Source of the DNA: Paraspadella gotoi
Lineage: Eukaryota; Animalia; Chaetognatha
Direction of reading: 5' to 3'
Assembly (NCBI GenBank): GCA_051294375.1
Contig: CM119264.1
Coordinates: 29,128,204 to 29,192,203, forward strand
DNA: 64,000 nt
The first letter of the stretch is position 1; the number at the start of each line of letters is the position of its first letter. Both the position numbers and the translations under genes were made by a program. Positions 26,401 to 39,716 of the stretch are shown here, piece by piece. Below the pieces are notes generated by a model. It saw only the letters and a program-made list of their open reading frames with translations, was not told the DNA's origin and did not search any database.

Positions 26401-27575
26401 NNNNNNNNNNNNNNNNNNNNNNNNNNNNNNNNNNNNNNNNNNNNNNNNNNNNNNNNNNNNNNNNNNNNNNNNNNNNNNNNNNNNNNNNNNNNNNNNNNNN
26501 NNNNNNNNNNNNNNNNNNNNNNNNNNNNNNNNNNNNNNNNNNNNNNNNNNNNNNNNNNNNNNNNNNNNNNNNNNNNNNNNNNNNNNNNNNNNNNNNNNNN
26601 NNNNNNNNNNNNNNNNNNNNNNNNNNNNNNNNNNNNNNNNNNNNNNNNNNNNNNNNNNNNNNNNNNNNNNNNATGCTTTCGATTATTCCACAAATAAATA
26701 TATAAATCAATATATGCTTGTCTATTGTCTTCGGTTATTCTTTTTTGTTTAGTTTTTTTAATTTGTTTTGTGTTTTGTCCTTCTGTTTATTCGTTGTTTC
26801 GTTTGTTTCCTCTTTGTTTGTCCTTTACGAGAGAATTCCCGTCGTTCATTGACGTTCGTCCTCGAACATCCGGAGCCAAACCTCTCTCTCTCTCTCTCNN
26901 NNNNNNNNNNNNNNNNNNNNNNNNNNNNNNNNNNNNNNNNNNNNNNNNNNNNNNNNNNNNNNNNNNNNNNNNNNNNNNNNNNNNNNNNNNNNNNNNNNNN
27001 NNNNNNNNNNNNNNNNNNNNNCTCTCTCTCTCTCTCTCTCTCCACAAGCGTCGCTCGGAAATTATGTTTGTTTTGTTGCTTCTTATTTTCAAAACCGGAA
27101 ACGAGTCAATTTTTTTCAAACTGAAGTGAAGTGAAGTGAAGTGACCTAATGATTTTTTTTCAAACTGAAGTGACCTTTTGATGGACTAAGTGAGTCTTGC
27201 TCGTAAACCATTACTGATAACTAATTATTTTCATTGATGACTTGTGAGTAAATGCCAATAATCGAGAACCAGCATTTCTTTTTCTAAAATTGAAATTAGT
27301 TAATATTAGTTTTAGTTTTTATTAATTTTAAACGATCAAAAAGCTATTTAACAATCAATTTTATAAACATGACTCAATTTTTGTTCAAAAAACAAAATTA
27401 AACAAAGATTCTACTAATGAAAGTTTTTTCTTCGTAATATACAATAAAAATTACATATCCAAAGATTAGTGACTTCGTATCTTACCCCCTCGTACCCCCA
27501 CGGCCCCTCTCCCCATGTCTTCCCCGCCTGACCCAGCAGCGGCCCTTCCCTACCCTGACCCCCGACCAAACTCAC

Positions 27576-27700
27576 CTTGAATGATGACCCGACTTTTCTC
27601 CATCTCCCACCGCAGCCGGGGTGGGTGACCTCCTCTCCACGAGGCGCGACACGAGAAGGTCGCAGGAACGTTTTCCGTCAGAACGAGGTTAGATGTCGCT
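27576..27700 (-). CDS. IgSF protein exon, first half of C2-set Ig domain 2
   Basis: Acceptor ctcaatctag, donor gtgagt, 125 nt, phase 2 to 1. Translates (R)ATSNLVLTENVPATFSCRASWRGGHPPRLRWEMEKSRVIIQ(G), i.e. C-x-A-x-x-x-G-G-x-P-P-x-L-x-W, typical of nephrin/kirre-type C2-set domains. Confidence 0.9.
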
Positions 27701-28629
27701 CTAGATTGAGGGAGGAAAAGGGGGCGGGGAGGGAGAGGGGAAAGAAAGGGNNNNNNNNNNAAGGAGAAGAGAGGGGGAAAAGGAGGGGCAAGAGAAAGAG
27801 AGAAGGGAGGAGAGAAAAAGAATGCGAAGTGGGAGTGAAAGAAAAAAGAAGATGGAAAGAAGGAGGAAAGAAAGGAGTAAAGAAGTAGAATAAAGGAATA
27901 GAATAGAATAAAATAGAAATAGAAGGAGGAAAAAAAAATGGGGAAAGAGAAAAATGACGTCAGATGTAAACGAACGTTTGTCGAAATTTGAGGAGAATAA
28001 AGATGCTCTTTTGTTTTGATTGATGATGAAGATGGCGAAAGAGAGAAAATGAAAAGGATATGACGAAACATCAAAAGACGATGACGACGATGACGACGAC
28101 GACGATGGCGAAAAACTTACACCACAGAAAATAGTCACTCGCTTGACAAAAAGAAAAAAAAAAGACCCTAACGACGACGATGACGATGACGACGACGACA
28201 ACGACGACGACGATGACGACGACGGGCTTGAGCTCTTAAAAGGGAGGACCATAAGTAGGATTTGAAAAAGAGTCGTAATAAACTTTGATGGCGGCTTGAG
28301 AAACTTGGCCCCTGGGGGTTTAAGTATTTTTATTCAGTGAGTAAAATAACAACTTTTTTATTCGCCTAATTTTATCTCGGACTCTCTCTCTTTCTATCTT
28401 TCTCTCATCTCTCTCTCTCTCTTCACGGGACTCTCTCATCTCTCCTCCTCTCTCATCTCTCTACTTTGCCAATTCCGCGACGATCCTTATGCCATTTACC
28501 TCCCGGCTCTCTCTCTCTCTCATCTCTCTTTCTCCTCTGCCTCTCTCTTCGTTCTCTCTCTCTCTCTTCTTGCAGATTGGCGGTACGACCTTAGCTTTTA
28601 GGATTTTTTGAACTTGTATTTTTTCTGCT

Positions 28630-31030
28630 TCAAGTTAAATGTGACTTAGGTTTTTTCCATTTTAAACCTCATTTCCAACTGGCACAATTCCCGTCAAGAA
28701 CTTATATCTAGCTTTTTTCAACACTTCCTATCCCGGATTCACACAAAATTTCATCTCCAGATCTATTATGGGTTAAATAAGTAAAAGAAAGAGTTCAAGT
28801 AAATGTGACTATCATATTTTTCCATTTAAATCATTTCCACTCGTACGGTTTCCACCGAGAAACTTTTATATCAAGCATAGAGTACATCATTTTTTCTAAT
28901 CCCACAAGACAAAAAATTTGGAACTCATCTAGTCCATCCAATTTTATGATTAATTAGAGTACTTATTGTTTAAGAATAAGTAAAAAGTTTTTGTAAATGC
29001 GACTTATGTTTTTTCTCGCACTTAAACTCACATTTCCACTCCACGATTACCGTCGAAAGCTTTATATCCCAGCTATTATCACAGCACTTTCCTACCCACA
29101 CACAAAAATTTCATTTCAAATCCAACCAGATCCAGCGCAATCATCGAGTTTAATTGGAGCTTTTTTGCTAGGTGGGACCGGATGGACGGATTGATTGACT
29201 GAATTAATTAATTAATTGATTTAATTAATTGGACTAATATGTGATTAATTAACTGATTAATATTTGACTTATTAATACAATTCCTGCATATACATTTAAT
29301 ATAAAAGTGAAAAAGAAGGCATAATCAATTAGTGAATACAGGTTTTTTGTTTTTTTCCATCTTAAAACTCATTTCCAACTCAAAAGATTCTCATCGAAAA
29401 CTTGTGTGTTCCCTGTTCAATCACGACACTTTTCTACTCACATACACAAATTCCAGGTCAATCGATAAAATTAAGTGGTAATAAGGCTATCTTGGTCAAA
29501 CTTGCATAATTTTAATCAAACTTGCATAAGTTGGTCAACTGAGCATAATTTGGTTAACTGACATGACAATTGTGGTCTAGGCTGACATAATTTGGTCACA
29601 CTGCCACATATGGAATTTGGTCAATCTGACATAATTTGATTCAATTAAGATAATTGGTCCAACCCGCATGAGATTGGGTGGTAACCGTTGGCATATGATT
29701 TTTCAACTAGCCAATTTCGGCGCTCACAGCATACTTGGGCTCACTTGCAAAACTTCGATTAACCCTTGCCAGGAAATTATGGGGTCAACTGCCAGACATC
29801 TATAGTAATCAAGTACGCGGATGAGTCAGAGGGGGGACCATGGCATCGGTTCATTTGATTAACGGATCGGATGGTTCTGTGTCGCGTCGGACGACTGACA
29901 CAAGAGCGTCGTAAAGAATGCGAGAGAGTCATCAAGTCAAGTGAGAGAGAGAGAGAGAAAGCATATTAAAAAATTTCCAAATAAATGTTGTTACTCTTTT
30001 GGTTATTCTAATTTGAACTCTTATCCACTCCCTACGAATTCCATATCAAAAATTTTTATCCCTCTGTTAATACGGGGAGTACTTCTGACCCACACACAAA
30101 ATTCAATTTCGATTATACGCATCGGCCAATTTTTTAATAACAAAGATAATTATGAAGTAATTTAAAGTAAAAACTACTTCAAGTAAATATGACTTTTTTG
30201 TTTTTCCATTTTAACTCATCTTTCCGACTCCGCAGAGAATGATAAGGATTCCCATATCGAAACTTTATATCCGCATCATCAACACACTTTCCTACCATCA
30301 TATCAAAAAAATTTCAAGATCACATATGCCACTGATCCACTCATGAGCCAGATTGGCCGTTCAAAATAGTGAAATAATCATTTTATGTTTGTTTTTTTTC
30401 ACATTTAAAACCAATTTACCACTTCGCGACGATTCCCCCTGTCGAAGACTTCATATCCATTCCAATCCAACCGAGTTTCACAGTTTCCTACCCACCACTA
30501 CAAGCGAGGAGGTGAGGCAGGCCTGAGTGGGCAGGGAGATCGGCCGGGCGCGCCGCCGAATAGTCTTGGGGGACGGCCCAGCCGGCGTACATCCGGATCG
30601 GAGTAAGGACGAGGTGGTCTGAATTGGGCTATGCCGCGGGAGATTTAACGCAGTGGAGCGGGGGAGGCGAGGTCGCAGGTCTCACACGAATGCGACTAGG
30701 TTGCAGCTCGGAGCGACGTCGGGATCGAAGGGGGCGGGCAGAGGACAGGGGAGCGTTCCCGAGAGACGGCACCGAACGGTCAAGTCGGACAAAATTTCAT
30801 ACCAATCCCATGTACCCATGAGACCAATCAACAGGGGTATTGGAGATTGGTTGTGCTAAGGTGGGGAGCGCACGACGGACGGACGAGGACGGACGGACGG
30901 ACGACGAGACGGACGGACGACGGTACGGCGGACGGAACGGACGGACGAGACAGGACGACGGACGGGACTGAAGTCATTTTTTTTTGGCATAATTATCAAA
31001 TTCGACCTGTTCTGATGACATGAGTATATA
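28630..31030 (+). repeat. Degenerate ~150-200-bp tandem array + (GACG)n tract; DINE/Helentron-like central tandem repeats; low-quality sequence
   Basis: About 7 copies of aagtaaatgtgact..ttttccatttaaactcatttcca..aacttatatc..acttcctacccacacacaaaatttca (near 28630, 28795, 28990, 29340, 29975, 30175, 30380). A 19-bp ttggtcaa..gcataat array lies at 29490-29660 and (GGAC)n at 30872-30966. Confidence 0.6.
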
Positions 31031-31162
31031 GTGTGTGCCCCGACATATGAGGGGGGCGGACCGACGGGGACTGAGATCGGGGTGAAGACCCAGCGACTGG
31101 AAAAAAGGAGTGAAGAGTATTATACGAGTCGGGATCTGCCTGATAAGCAGAATCCAGACCTT

Positions 31163-34100
31163 AAAAAATAAATGGAAAAACAAACAGAAAATAAAATGAA
31201 AAAAGAAAGAAAAACTTTTTGTTGTTAAGTTTTGGATGTGATCTGATATAGTCTAATATATTTAATTTAAAAAAAGTGTTAACTACGTTACGTTTATAGT
31301 CGACATGTTATAGGGTAAGGGGGAGTGAGTTGGCTTTTTTAATTTGTGAACTTCGCGTCCTGCCTCTATTGGCTTTTATTTAAATTCCCCTGTCAAAGTA
31401 GAAAGGCATGTAGAGAGAAATCCATGTCAGATTTTCTACATAATGGGCTAAGAAAGTAACAGACCGACCCGCATAAAAGTTTCTCTAAGGGTGAGAAGGT
31501 TAGAGACAGCTAGCCGGAGGCAGAATGTCGCGTAGATAACAGGAAGAGTGCACTCCTCAACCATATATTGAAAGAATGTCGACACGCGGAAAAACAGCGT
31601 TACGAATAGGATAGGGAGAGAGGGCGGTGCGGCTGAATAATACCACGTGCACGATGGATGAAGAAGGGTTGCGGAGTACAAGATCGGCGTCTGATCAAAC
31701 GCGGGCGCAAAACTCCCGAAGAGAAACCTTTCTCTTCATTTTTTTTTTTTGACTCTCTGTCATTTCAAATATCCCTTCCTCCCTTTGTTTCCTCCCTTTC
31801 CTCTTTCCTCCTCCCCTCCCCTCCACATTCTCCCTCTCTCTCCGGATAGCAGGGGGACCTGACACCCGCACGAGGCCGCAACAGATGAAATCTGACGGAG
31901 GATCGTGCTTCAGATTCGACTGCATTTCAATTTGATGTTCGCAGTCCGAGTCATAATTTTTTATGTACCAAGAGTAGACTCAAGGACTATCTGATGCGGA
32001 GGAGGCAATAAGAGCTGACACTTGGTAAGCAGATAGGCCTTTTTCCTTTAACCGACAACCGATTCAAGTTTACCGTGCCTTCCTCCATATTTCCTCCCAT
32101 GTTCCTCCTCTCTTTTTTCCTCCATTTTCCCTTTTCCTCCTCAATTTTCCAGATCCTTTTTCCCTCCATTTTTTCCCTTTTTCTCCTTTATTTTCCTCTA
32201 TATATTTTCCATTTTAACCTTCTTGTTTTCCTCCCATTTTCGCCCTTTTCCATCCTCAAAATCGTATATTAGAAGTTAACCGAATTCATCTGATGGAGTG
32301 CTGACTGGCGTCGTGTATGATTAATTGCTAGTCACTTCCAATTCTTGAGTGCTATCCACCTGACTCTAGCCTAGATATCCACATACGACACATGAGTCGA
32401 GCGCAGGATAGTCTAGCGAGCGGCAGACAGCGTGGACGCTCGTTTGTTATTTGGTTACTGTGCGACTGTAACACACGGGATCGAGTCGAGAGGTCAACTC
32501 AGCGGTACACTCATCTGGTATGAGAGTTCATCACGTGATGCCGATATCCTAGGCGTGCGCCGTGCTCCTTTTTGCTGTCCGCCTATGAACCGCAGGTAGC
32601 GAGGATGCACAGCGGCGCAACAGAGTGTTCGCAGTGCGCATCACTCGATTCGTACAGTTTGCAGTACTGCGCGAGTGCACGCTGAGGAAAGCTGTCTGTG
32701 GAGATCCCAATAGTATAGCAGCGCATGCTATGATGAGATGTCCATGCCGTCATATCATCAAAAATCGGCCCCGTGGCAGTCATCTATTTCGCACGTAATC
32801 GGGTAGGGGAAGGGGTCGCACGGCAGCATACCGTCACACACGAAATTGATCATCCTGCGGCACCTATTGACTCTGTTGTGTATATGTTCGCGAAGCGAGA
32901 TTGAGCCGGTAGCCGGGAGCGCAGTGCACACACTTATTACACAGAGGGGTTAGGCTCGGGAACACTCGCATGCGACTTGACGATCCGTATATCCTTGTAT
33001 GTGGCCAGTCTCGGATGAACGCAGAGACCGCGATGATCGCCATGGCGCATCACCATTACATTATAGAGTTTTGGCCGCACCTTACTTAAGCGTAGAAGGA
33101 TGGGTCGGACCGCGGCGGAGTCGTATTCCCTTCTCCAAATTTCCACCATTTTTATCCCACTTCCCTTCGTACTAATTCTTATTCTATTTATGTTGTTTTT
33201 CTTTTCTGTCCTGCTTTATCGATATTTTTATTTTATTTTATTGTTATTTTATTTTATTTTTTTTTATTTTTATTTGTCGACTCATTATGTACTTATTGCA
33301 TGCGACTTCATGTGCGTTTTTGCCGTAAGACAGATTAAGGCAAGCATCGGTGATGTGTATATAACATGATACGAGCAGGCCATTGGGACACTTGCTAGTT
33401 GGCGCCGGCGAGAGGAAGACGTCCGCCGGGCGCGCGGAGGAAGCAGGAGCGTCTGGGAGCAGTGCGGGCGCAGGGTTATGCGAAGAGAAGAAGATTTCAA
33501 TGTTTCGTGTCAATTATGCTGCATCGGGCATTTGCACTTCGAGGACGTGAAACAGGATTTCCGTGGTATTGTATGGTGCAGTGGTGAGCACACAGTTGGT
33601 GATCAGGGGTGAGGTCATGCGGACATCTGCAGCAGAGCACAAGCATAGAGGAGCTTCTACGGGGTGAGAGTCGGAGGAGTCTCATCGCTTCTCAAGCTTA
33701 GTGTCGCCAGAGAGCGTAAAAATATAAGCAGAAAAAGGGTAAAGAGAGGGAGGAGCGTATTGCGCAGATCGCTGCTGCTAGTGTGTACGTACAGTTAGGA
33801 CGGTGTGAATTAGTGCGAGGTATTCTTCGAAAGGAAACCGGGAGCGAAGATGAAACCCAAAAGAGCCAAGCCAGAGCCCAAAACCAGGCACCATGCCGCC
33901 CATCGCCCAATCCCCAAGCCGCCAGGCGTCGGAGAAAAATTGAAAACAAAATCCATAGGAATTTATTCTTTTGTTGTGCCAAAACAAGGGGCGCGGCAGC
34001 GCAGGGAAACCTGAAATGCAGCCGCTGTCCTCCGCAGCCAAGCAATTCCCGAAACTTGCGAAGGGAGCAAAATCAACAACAAACAACAAACCATACACAA

Positions 34101-35636
34101 AGACATACATGCTTTTCTGATGGGTGAATTTCTGATTAAAGGAAAGTTTAGCAATAAAAAATAGAGATATCACTTCGAAAAAATATATTACTATTATCCA
34201 TAATCTTAAATATTAAGTTTTTGCTCATATCCGAAGGTTTACAGTCGAGAGCTTGATGATATGTCCACCAATTTATTCATCGTAGTAGTGGAATTGGGTT
34301 AACAACGTTCATATAAAAAAAATGGAAACTTAATTTTTATTTAATTTTTTTTTAATAATACCTTTTTTAATTGGTTAATAATGTTTAATAACTTTCCGGC
34401 CGTAAAAAAATTTATCACAAAAAAAACAAAAACAACAATAAAACATACCAAATCCAAAGATTAGTGACTTTCGTATCTCTTACCCCATCGTACCTCCCAG
34501 CGCCCCTCTCACCCATTGTCTTCCGACGCCATGACCCAGCAGCGGCCCTTCCCTACCTGAACCCCGACCAAACTCACCATTGAATGATGGAACCCGACTT
34601 TTTTCTCCATCTCCCACCGCAGCCGGGGTGGGTGACCTCCTCTCCACCGAGGCGCGAACACCGAGAAGGTCCGCAGGAACGTTTTCCCGTCAGAACGAGG
34701 TTAGATGTCGCTCTAGATTGAGGGAGGAAAAGGGGGGGGGAGGAAGAGGGGAAAGAAAGGGGAGAGAGGGTGGAGGGAGGAAGGAAAGGGGAAGGGGAGA
34801 AGGGAGAGAAGAGAGGGGAAAGAAAGGGGAGAGAGGGTGAGGGGAGGAAGGGAAGGGGAGGGGGAGTAGGGAGAGGGGAAAGAAAGGGGAGAGAGGGTGG
34901 AGGGAGGAAGGGAAAGGGGGAGGGGAGAAAGAAAGAGGAGACGGGAAGGAAAGCGGCGGGAGGGAAGGAAATGGAGGGTGGGAGAGGGGGGAAGGCAGAG
35001 GGGAGAAAGGAAGGAACAGGGAAAGGAAGGGAGAGAAGGAGAAGAAAGGGGAACATAATTAATTTAGGAAAGGAGAAGAAGAGGGGGAAAAGGAGGGCAA
35101 AGAAAAAGAGAGAAGGGAGGAGAGAAAAAGAATTGCGAAGTGGGAGTGAAAGAGAAAAAGAAGATGGAAAGAAGGAGGAAAGAAAGGAGTAAAGAAATAG
35201 AATAAAGGAATAGAATAGAATAAAAATAGGAAATAGAAGGAAGGAAAAAATGAGGGGGAAGAGAAAATACGTCAGATGTAAACGAAAACTATTGTCGAAA
35301 TTTTGAGGAGAATAAAGATGGCTCTTTTGTTTTGATTGATGATGGAAGATGGCGAAGAGAGAAATGAAAAGGATATGACGAAACATCACAAAAGACGATG
35401 ACGAGATGACGACGACGACAATGGCGAAAGACCTTACACCAAACAGAAAAAGTCCACTCGCTGACAAAAAGAAAAAAAAAAAGACCCTAACGACGAACGA
35501 TGACGATGACGACGACACAACAGACGACGACGAGACGACGACCGGGCTTGAGCTCTTAAAGGGAGGACAATAAGTAGGATTTGAAAAAGAGTCGTAATAA
35601 ATCTTTGATGGCGGCTTGAGAAACTTGGCCCCTGGG
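31163..35636 (+). other. Indel-rich duplicate of 23727-28316 (probable long-read gap-fill false duplication)
   Basis: Collinear similarity with scattered 1-nt insertions and random-looking bursts (about 32270-33120 and 33270-33840); ends next to a 25-N gap (35734-35758). Confidence 0.8.
34578..34712 (-). pseudogene. Frameshifted duplicate of the 27576-27700 exon (probably an assembly artefact, not a true pseudo-exon)
   Basis: Same sequence with about 10 extra bases from scattered single-base insertions; lies inside the 31.2-35.6 kb duplicated block. Confidence 0.7.
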
Positions 35637-35661
35637 TGGGTTCCTTTTGACTGAAAGGAGT

Positions 35662-35716
<55 letters not shown>

Positions 35717-35758
35717 AGAGCAAGGAGAGAGAGNNNNNNNNNNNNNNNNNNNNNNNNN

Positions 35759-35793
<35 letters not shown>

Positions 35794-37009
35794 ACTCTAT
35801 ATACGAAAATTGGTAGGAAAATTTGAGGAAAATAGCAAATGTGAATGTCGCTGATAATGTCACTCTGAGATGAGACGGCACAAGTATAACCAGATCGTCT
35901 CACGAAATTGTTAAAAACGCAGCGAGAAAAAAAATGGCAAGCCAGTTGTTATCAAGAACTGTGTTATCAAAAGATGTGCATACACTGCATAGAGATGGCA
36001 TGTTTGCGAAAATAGAAATGGCACGATAGCGCAAACAGAAATGGCACGATGGCGCAAATAGACTTGTCATCAAAACTAAAACGAAGATAACATCAGACAT
36101 TCAAGAAAAAGACAGAGATTCCGCCTGAAGCTGCAATGATGTGATGCGGCACAATGAGGCACAATGTGGCCCGAGACTCAGAAAATCGAATCTAAGGAGG
36201 AAAAAATCTACATAATGGGAAAAATCTCGCGCCATCTTTAAAAAAAATGGAAAAAAGTCGTAGAAAAAAAAGGGACACGTTCCCTTCCTATAATTATTTG
36301 TACGATTTTAAATTCATGATATTTTTTTATTTTAATTTATATTATTAACTCTGGGACGAAACGATGCTAAACGATGTTTAAATCTTTGTTTATCTTGGCG
36401 ATGTTTAAATTGTTTAAGCTTTAACTATTGTTTCTAATTGAAAAAAATAATTTCAATGTAAATCATTCTCAACGATGATCTCAGAAATTTTGCGGGGATT
36501 TTATTATTAAAATAATAAGTTAAATCGGAAAATTTTCAATTTTTAATCAATAAACGAAATGAGTTATTTTAAAATAGCACGACGCTAATGAAATTAGGGC
36601 CCTATTTTCTAAAAGGGCCCCATTATTGTTCCTAATCCATGAACGTAATTTTAACCTATTTTTTAACCCTTATACTTAACCCCAATCACTAAAACCTAAA
36701 TCCGTAAATATGTTCCGTGAACCCAAACCATAATCTGTAACCCTGAAATGGGCAATTTTTTAAAAAATATAACCCGTAAATGTAACAAAACAAATCATAT
36801 TTCTGAGCCATTGGCTTTCACTTAAAAGCCGAAAGGAAAAAGCCGAAAAAGCCGGAAATATCTCTCTCCGGGAAAATGTGGTCAAATCCTAAGGAATAAC
36901 TCAAAAATGAGCGACGTGATGTCCGGTCCTATTCGCTCGCGAGAGTTCACATTGAGTCTCAAATCAACAATCTCTCTCTCTCTCTTCTCCTTCTCTCTCT
37001 CTCTCTCAC

Positions 37010-37101
37010 CTCGGGCTGCAGTGAGGAGGATGGATCACAGTCAATGTGATGAGGACAACGTTGGAACATTTGTAATTCCCTGCGTCGGTGAATTGAATGT
37101 C
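37010..37101 (-). CDS. IgSF protein exon, end of Ig domain 1
   Basis: Acceptor ctctttcacag, donor gtgag, 92 nt, phase 0 to 2. Translates DIQFTDAGNYKCSNVVLITLTVIHPPHCSP(R). Absent from the ORF track on this strand; found by manual reverse complement. Confidence 0.9.
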
Positions 37102-37357
37102 CTGTGAAAGAGGAATGAGAGAGATGTGATTGTGAAAGAAGGGATTAGTTTTTTTTGCTTTGTTATAATTGTTGTTGTTGTTGTTTCTGCTGATTATCTT
37201 GTCGTTATATTCTTATCGGAAAAAAAACGAGAACAGATTTTTTAATAAATAAAAACAAAAAAAAATTCTCAAAAGGAACTTAATTTGGATCGAATTTTTT
37301 TTTAAAGTCATCGACTCACAATTGTCGTCGTCGTCGTATTCGTCTTCGTCTTCGTCT

Positions 37358-37393
<36 letters not shown>

Positions 37394-37534
37394 TTGATTT
37401 CGTCGTTTTCGTCGTCATCATCATTTTCTTCGGCGGCACCAATCACTGCAAAGATCTTTTGAAATCGCCGCGGGCTTCACTCATCTCACCCCCCCTCGCC
37501 CTTCCCTCCTCACGTCTTCATTTCAAATTGGTGT

Positions 37535-37860
37535 GTGAGTTTGTGCAGTGAGTGAGTCGTGAGTGGAATGAGTGAGGGAGTGATTAAGTGAAAGAGGTGA
37601 GTGAGTTTGTTAAAGAGTAAGTGAGTGAGTGAGCGAGTGAGTGTGTGATTGCGTATTGGTGGATTGAGTGAGTGAGTGAGTGAGGAGTTAAATAACTTAC
37701 TGTTTGATTAAATAATTGAATAAAATGATTGAGTTTGTTCGTGAGTAAGTGAGAGATTGGATACTGAGTGGGTTTAGTGAGTGAGGATTTGATTGAGTGA
37801 ATTGATTGAATGAAGGAATGAACTGAGTTAGTTAGTTGGTAAGTGAATTAGTAAGTGAGG
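37535..37860. repeat. (GAGT)n degenerate microsatellite
   Basis: Repeated gtgagtgagt. Confidence 0.8.
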
Positions 37861-38089
37861 GACTGTGTGTAGTTAGCGAATTGAGTAGAATCGTAAGGAG
37901 TAGATTTGGTGATTTGTGGTTGATAAAGTTAGCGAATCTAGTGAATGATTTAGTTAGTGATTCATCATTCATATTTTTTATTTTTACCCTCGTTTATTTT
38001 CTTTTCCCTTCTTCCCTCTGAGTTCAAATGGACGCCAAGGCCTCTTACTGTTCCACTGTTCACGCAACGTTTACTTTGAGGACATCAGC

Positions 38090-38122
<33 letters not shown>

Positions 38123-38193
38123 TCAGTTCAATGGACGGCCAAGGCCTCTTACTGTTCCACTGTTCACTCAACGTTACTTTGACGACATCAAGC

Positions 38194-38239
<46 letters not shown>

Positions 38240-38253
38240 TCTCTCTCTCCTCT

Positions 38254-38286
<33 letters not shown>

Positions 38287-38369
38287 CTCTCTTTCTTCTT
38301 TTCCCCTTGAACACAATCGGAACGAAAGCTTCCAAAGATGAAGCTTCTTTCTTAGAAATGCTCTCTCTC

Positions 38370-38442
<73 letters not shown>

Positions 38443-38763
38443 TTCTCCCACTTCATCAAATAAATGATTAGGACTGCGGTCTCGCTTAAAGACGTCAGCG
38501 GAGAAACCAGATTGCTGGAAGGAAGAAGAAGAAGAAAAAATGTAAGAGAAAAGGAAAAGAATGAAAAAAAAAGAAAAGAAAGAAAAAAAAAGAAAAAGAA
38601 AGAAAAGAAAAGAAAAAAAAAAAAAAGAAAAGAAAAGGAAAAGAAAAGAAAAGAAAAGAAAGAAAAGAAAGAAAAGAAAAGAAAAGAAAAGAAAAGAAAA
38701 GGAAAAGAAAAGAAAAGAAAAAAGGAAAAACAAAAGAAAAAAGAAAAGAAACAGAAAAAAAGT

Positions 38764-39117
38764 AAACAAAATAACATTCAAATGTGTTGCGCCGCAGTAA
38801 CTGCCTTATCACGTGTTTTAGTGACATACATTAACCAATGCATTATATGGAATGAATACATGACGTGAATATAATGACTACAATAAACGTGTGTGTGTGT
38901 ACGATGATTATTACGACCACTGCATTCGGAATTCCGGTCTTTTTAGTTTAGATTTCCTGAGGCGCGGCGCTGAGTCCACTTAAATTTGAGTCATTTTCCC
39001 TCTTAACAATGAGCAACCAACTATCATACAAGTTTTAGCATTTTTAACGTTAAGTTGGTCAGTCACGACACCGAACCGACGACCGACCGCAAAGTGACTT
39101 ATAAAGTTGCTCAAAAA
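38764..39117 (+). mobile_element. Degenerate copy of the same HINE-like family
   Basis: Shares attcaaatgtgttgcg, atgactacaataa, tttagtttagatttcctga, gagcaaccaactat, gaccgaccg and aaagtgacttat..agttgctc with 59837-60247; terminal palindrome deleted. Confidence 0.65.
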
Positions 39118-39605
39118 GAAGAGACGAAAGAATAGGGTGTCGTCGTCGTCGTCGTCCGTTCGTTGTTGTTGTTGCTTGTTGTTGTTTCTAGTCCAGCGTT
39201 ATGAAAGCTGAAGATTCCCCTCGGCGCAGAAATCGTGCGTCTTTNNNNNNNNNNNNNNNNNNNNNNNNNCTCTTTTTTTCTTTTTCTTCTTCGTCGTCCT
39301 CGTCGTCGTCCTCGTCGTCGTCGGCGCCGACATCAAAATTATCGTCGTCGCCCTCGTCATTTTCTCATAGTCACCATCACCGTCTATGTCATCGTCTATG
39401 TCATCGTCTTCATATCAACATCCGTTGTTTTCTTCATCATCTTCTCATAATCGTTATTGTCATTGTCATCGTCCTCGTCGTCATCATCGTCGTCTTAGTC
39501 ATCGTCGTCGTCATCATGATTTTTATAGAGTCATCGTTATCATCGTTACACTAATCCTCGTTGTCGTCATTGTCATCTTTGTTGTCTCGTCATCATCATC
39601 ATCAT

Positions 39606-39716
39606 TGTCGGGAAGAAACTTTCGTGAAGATTCATCATCGTTTTATTTGTTAATGAATTAATATTCAAATGAATAAAAGTCCGATGATGAATCTTCACGA
39701 AAGTTTCTTCCCGACA
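39606..39716. repeat. Hairpin / inverted repeat, perfect 35-bp arms inserted in an (ATC/GTC)n tract
   Basis: tgtcgggaagaaactttcgtgaagattcatcatcg (39606-39640) is the exact reverse complement of 39682-39716; AT-rich 41-bp spacer. Confidence 0.9.

Noticed and set aside
38020-38200. Direct ~100-bp duplication (gttcaaatggacgccaaggcctcttactg...)
   Set aside because: Copies differ by 1-nt indels and abut CT tracts; most likely a gap-fill overlap artefact.
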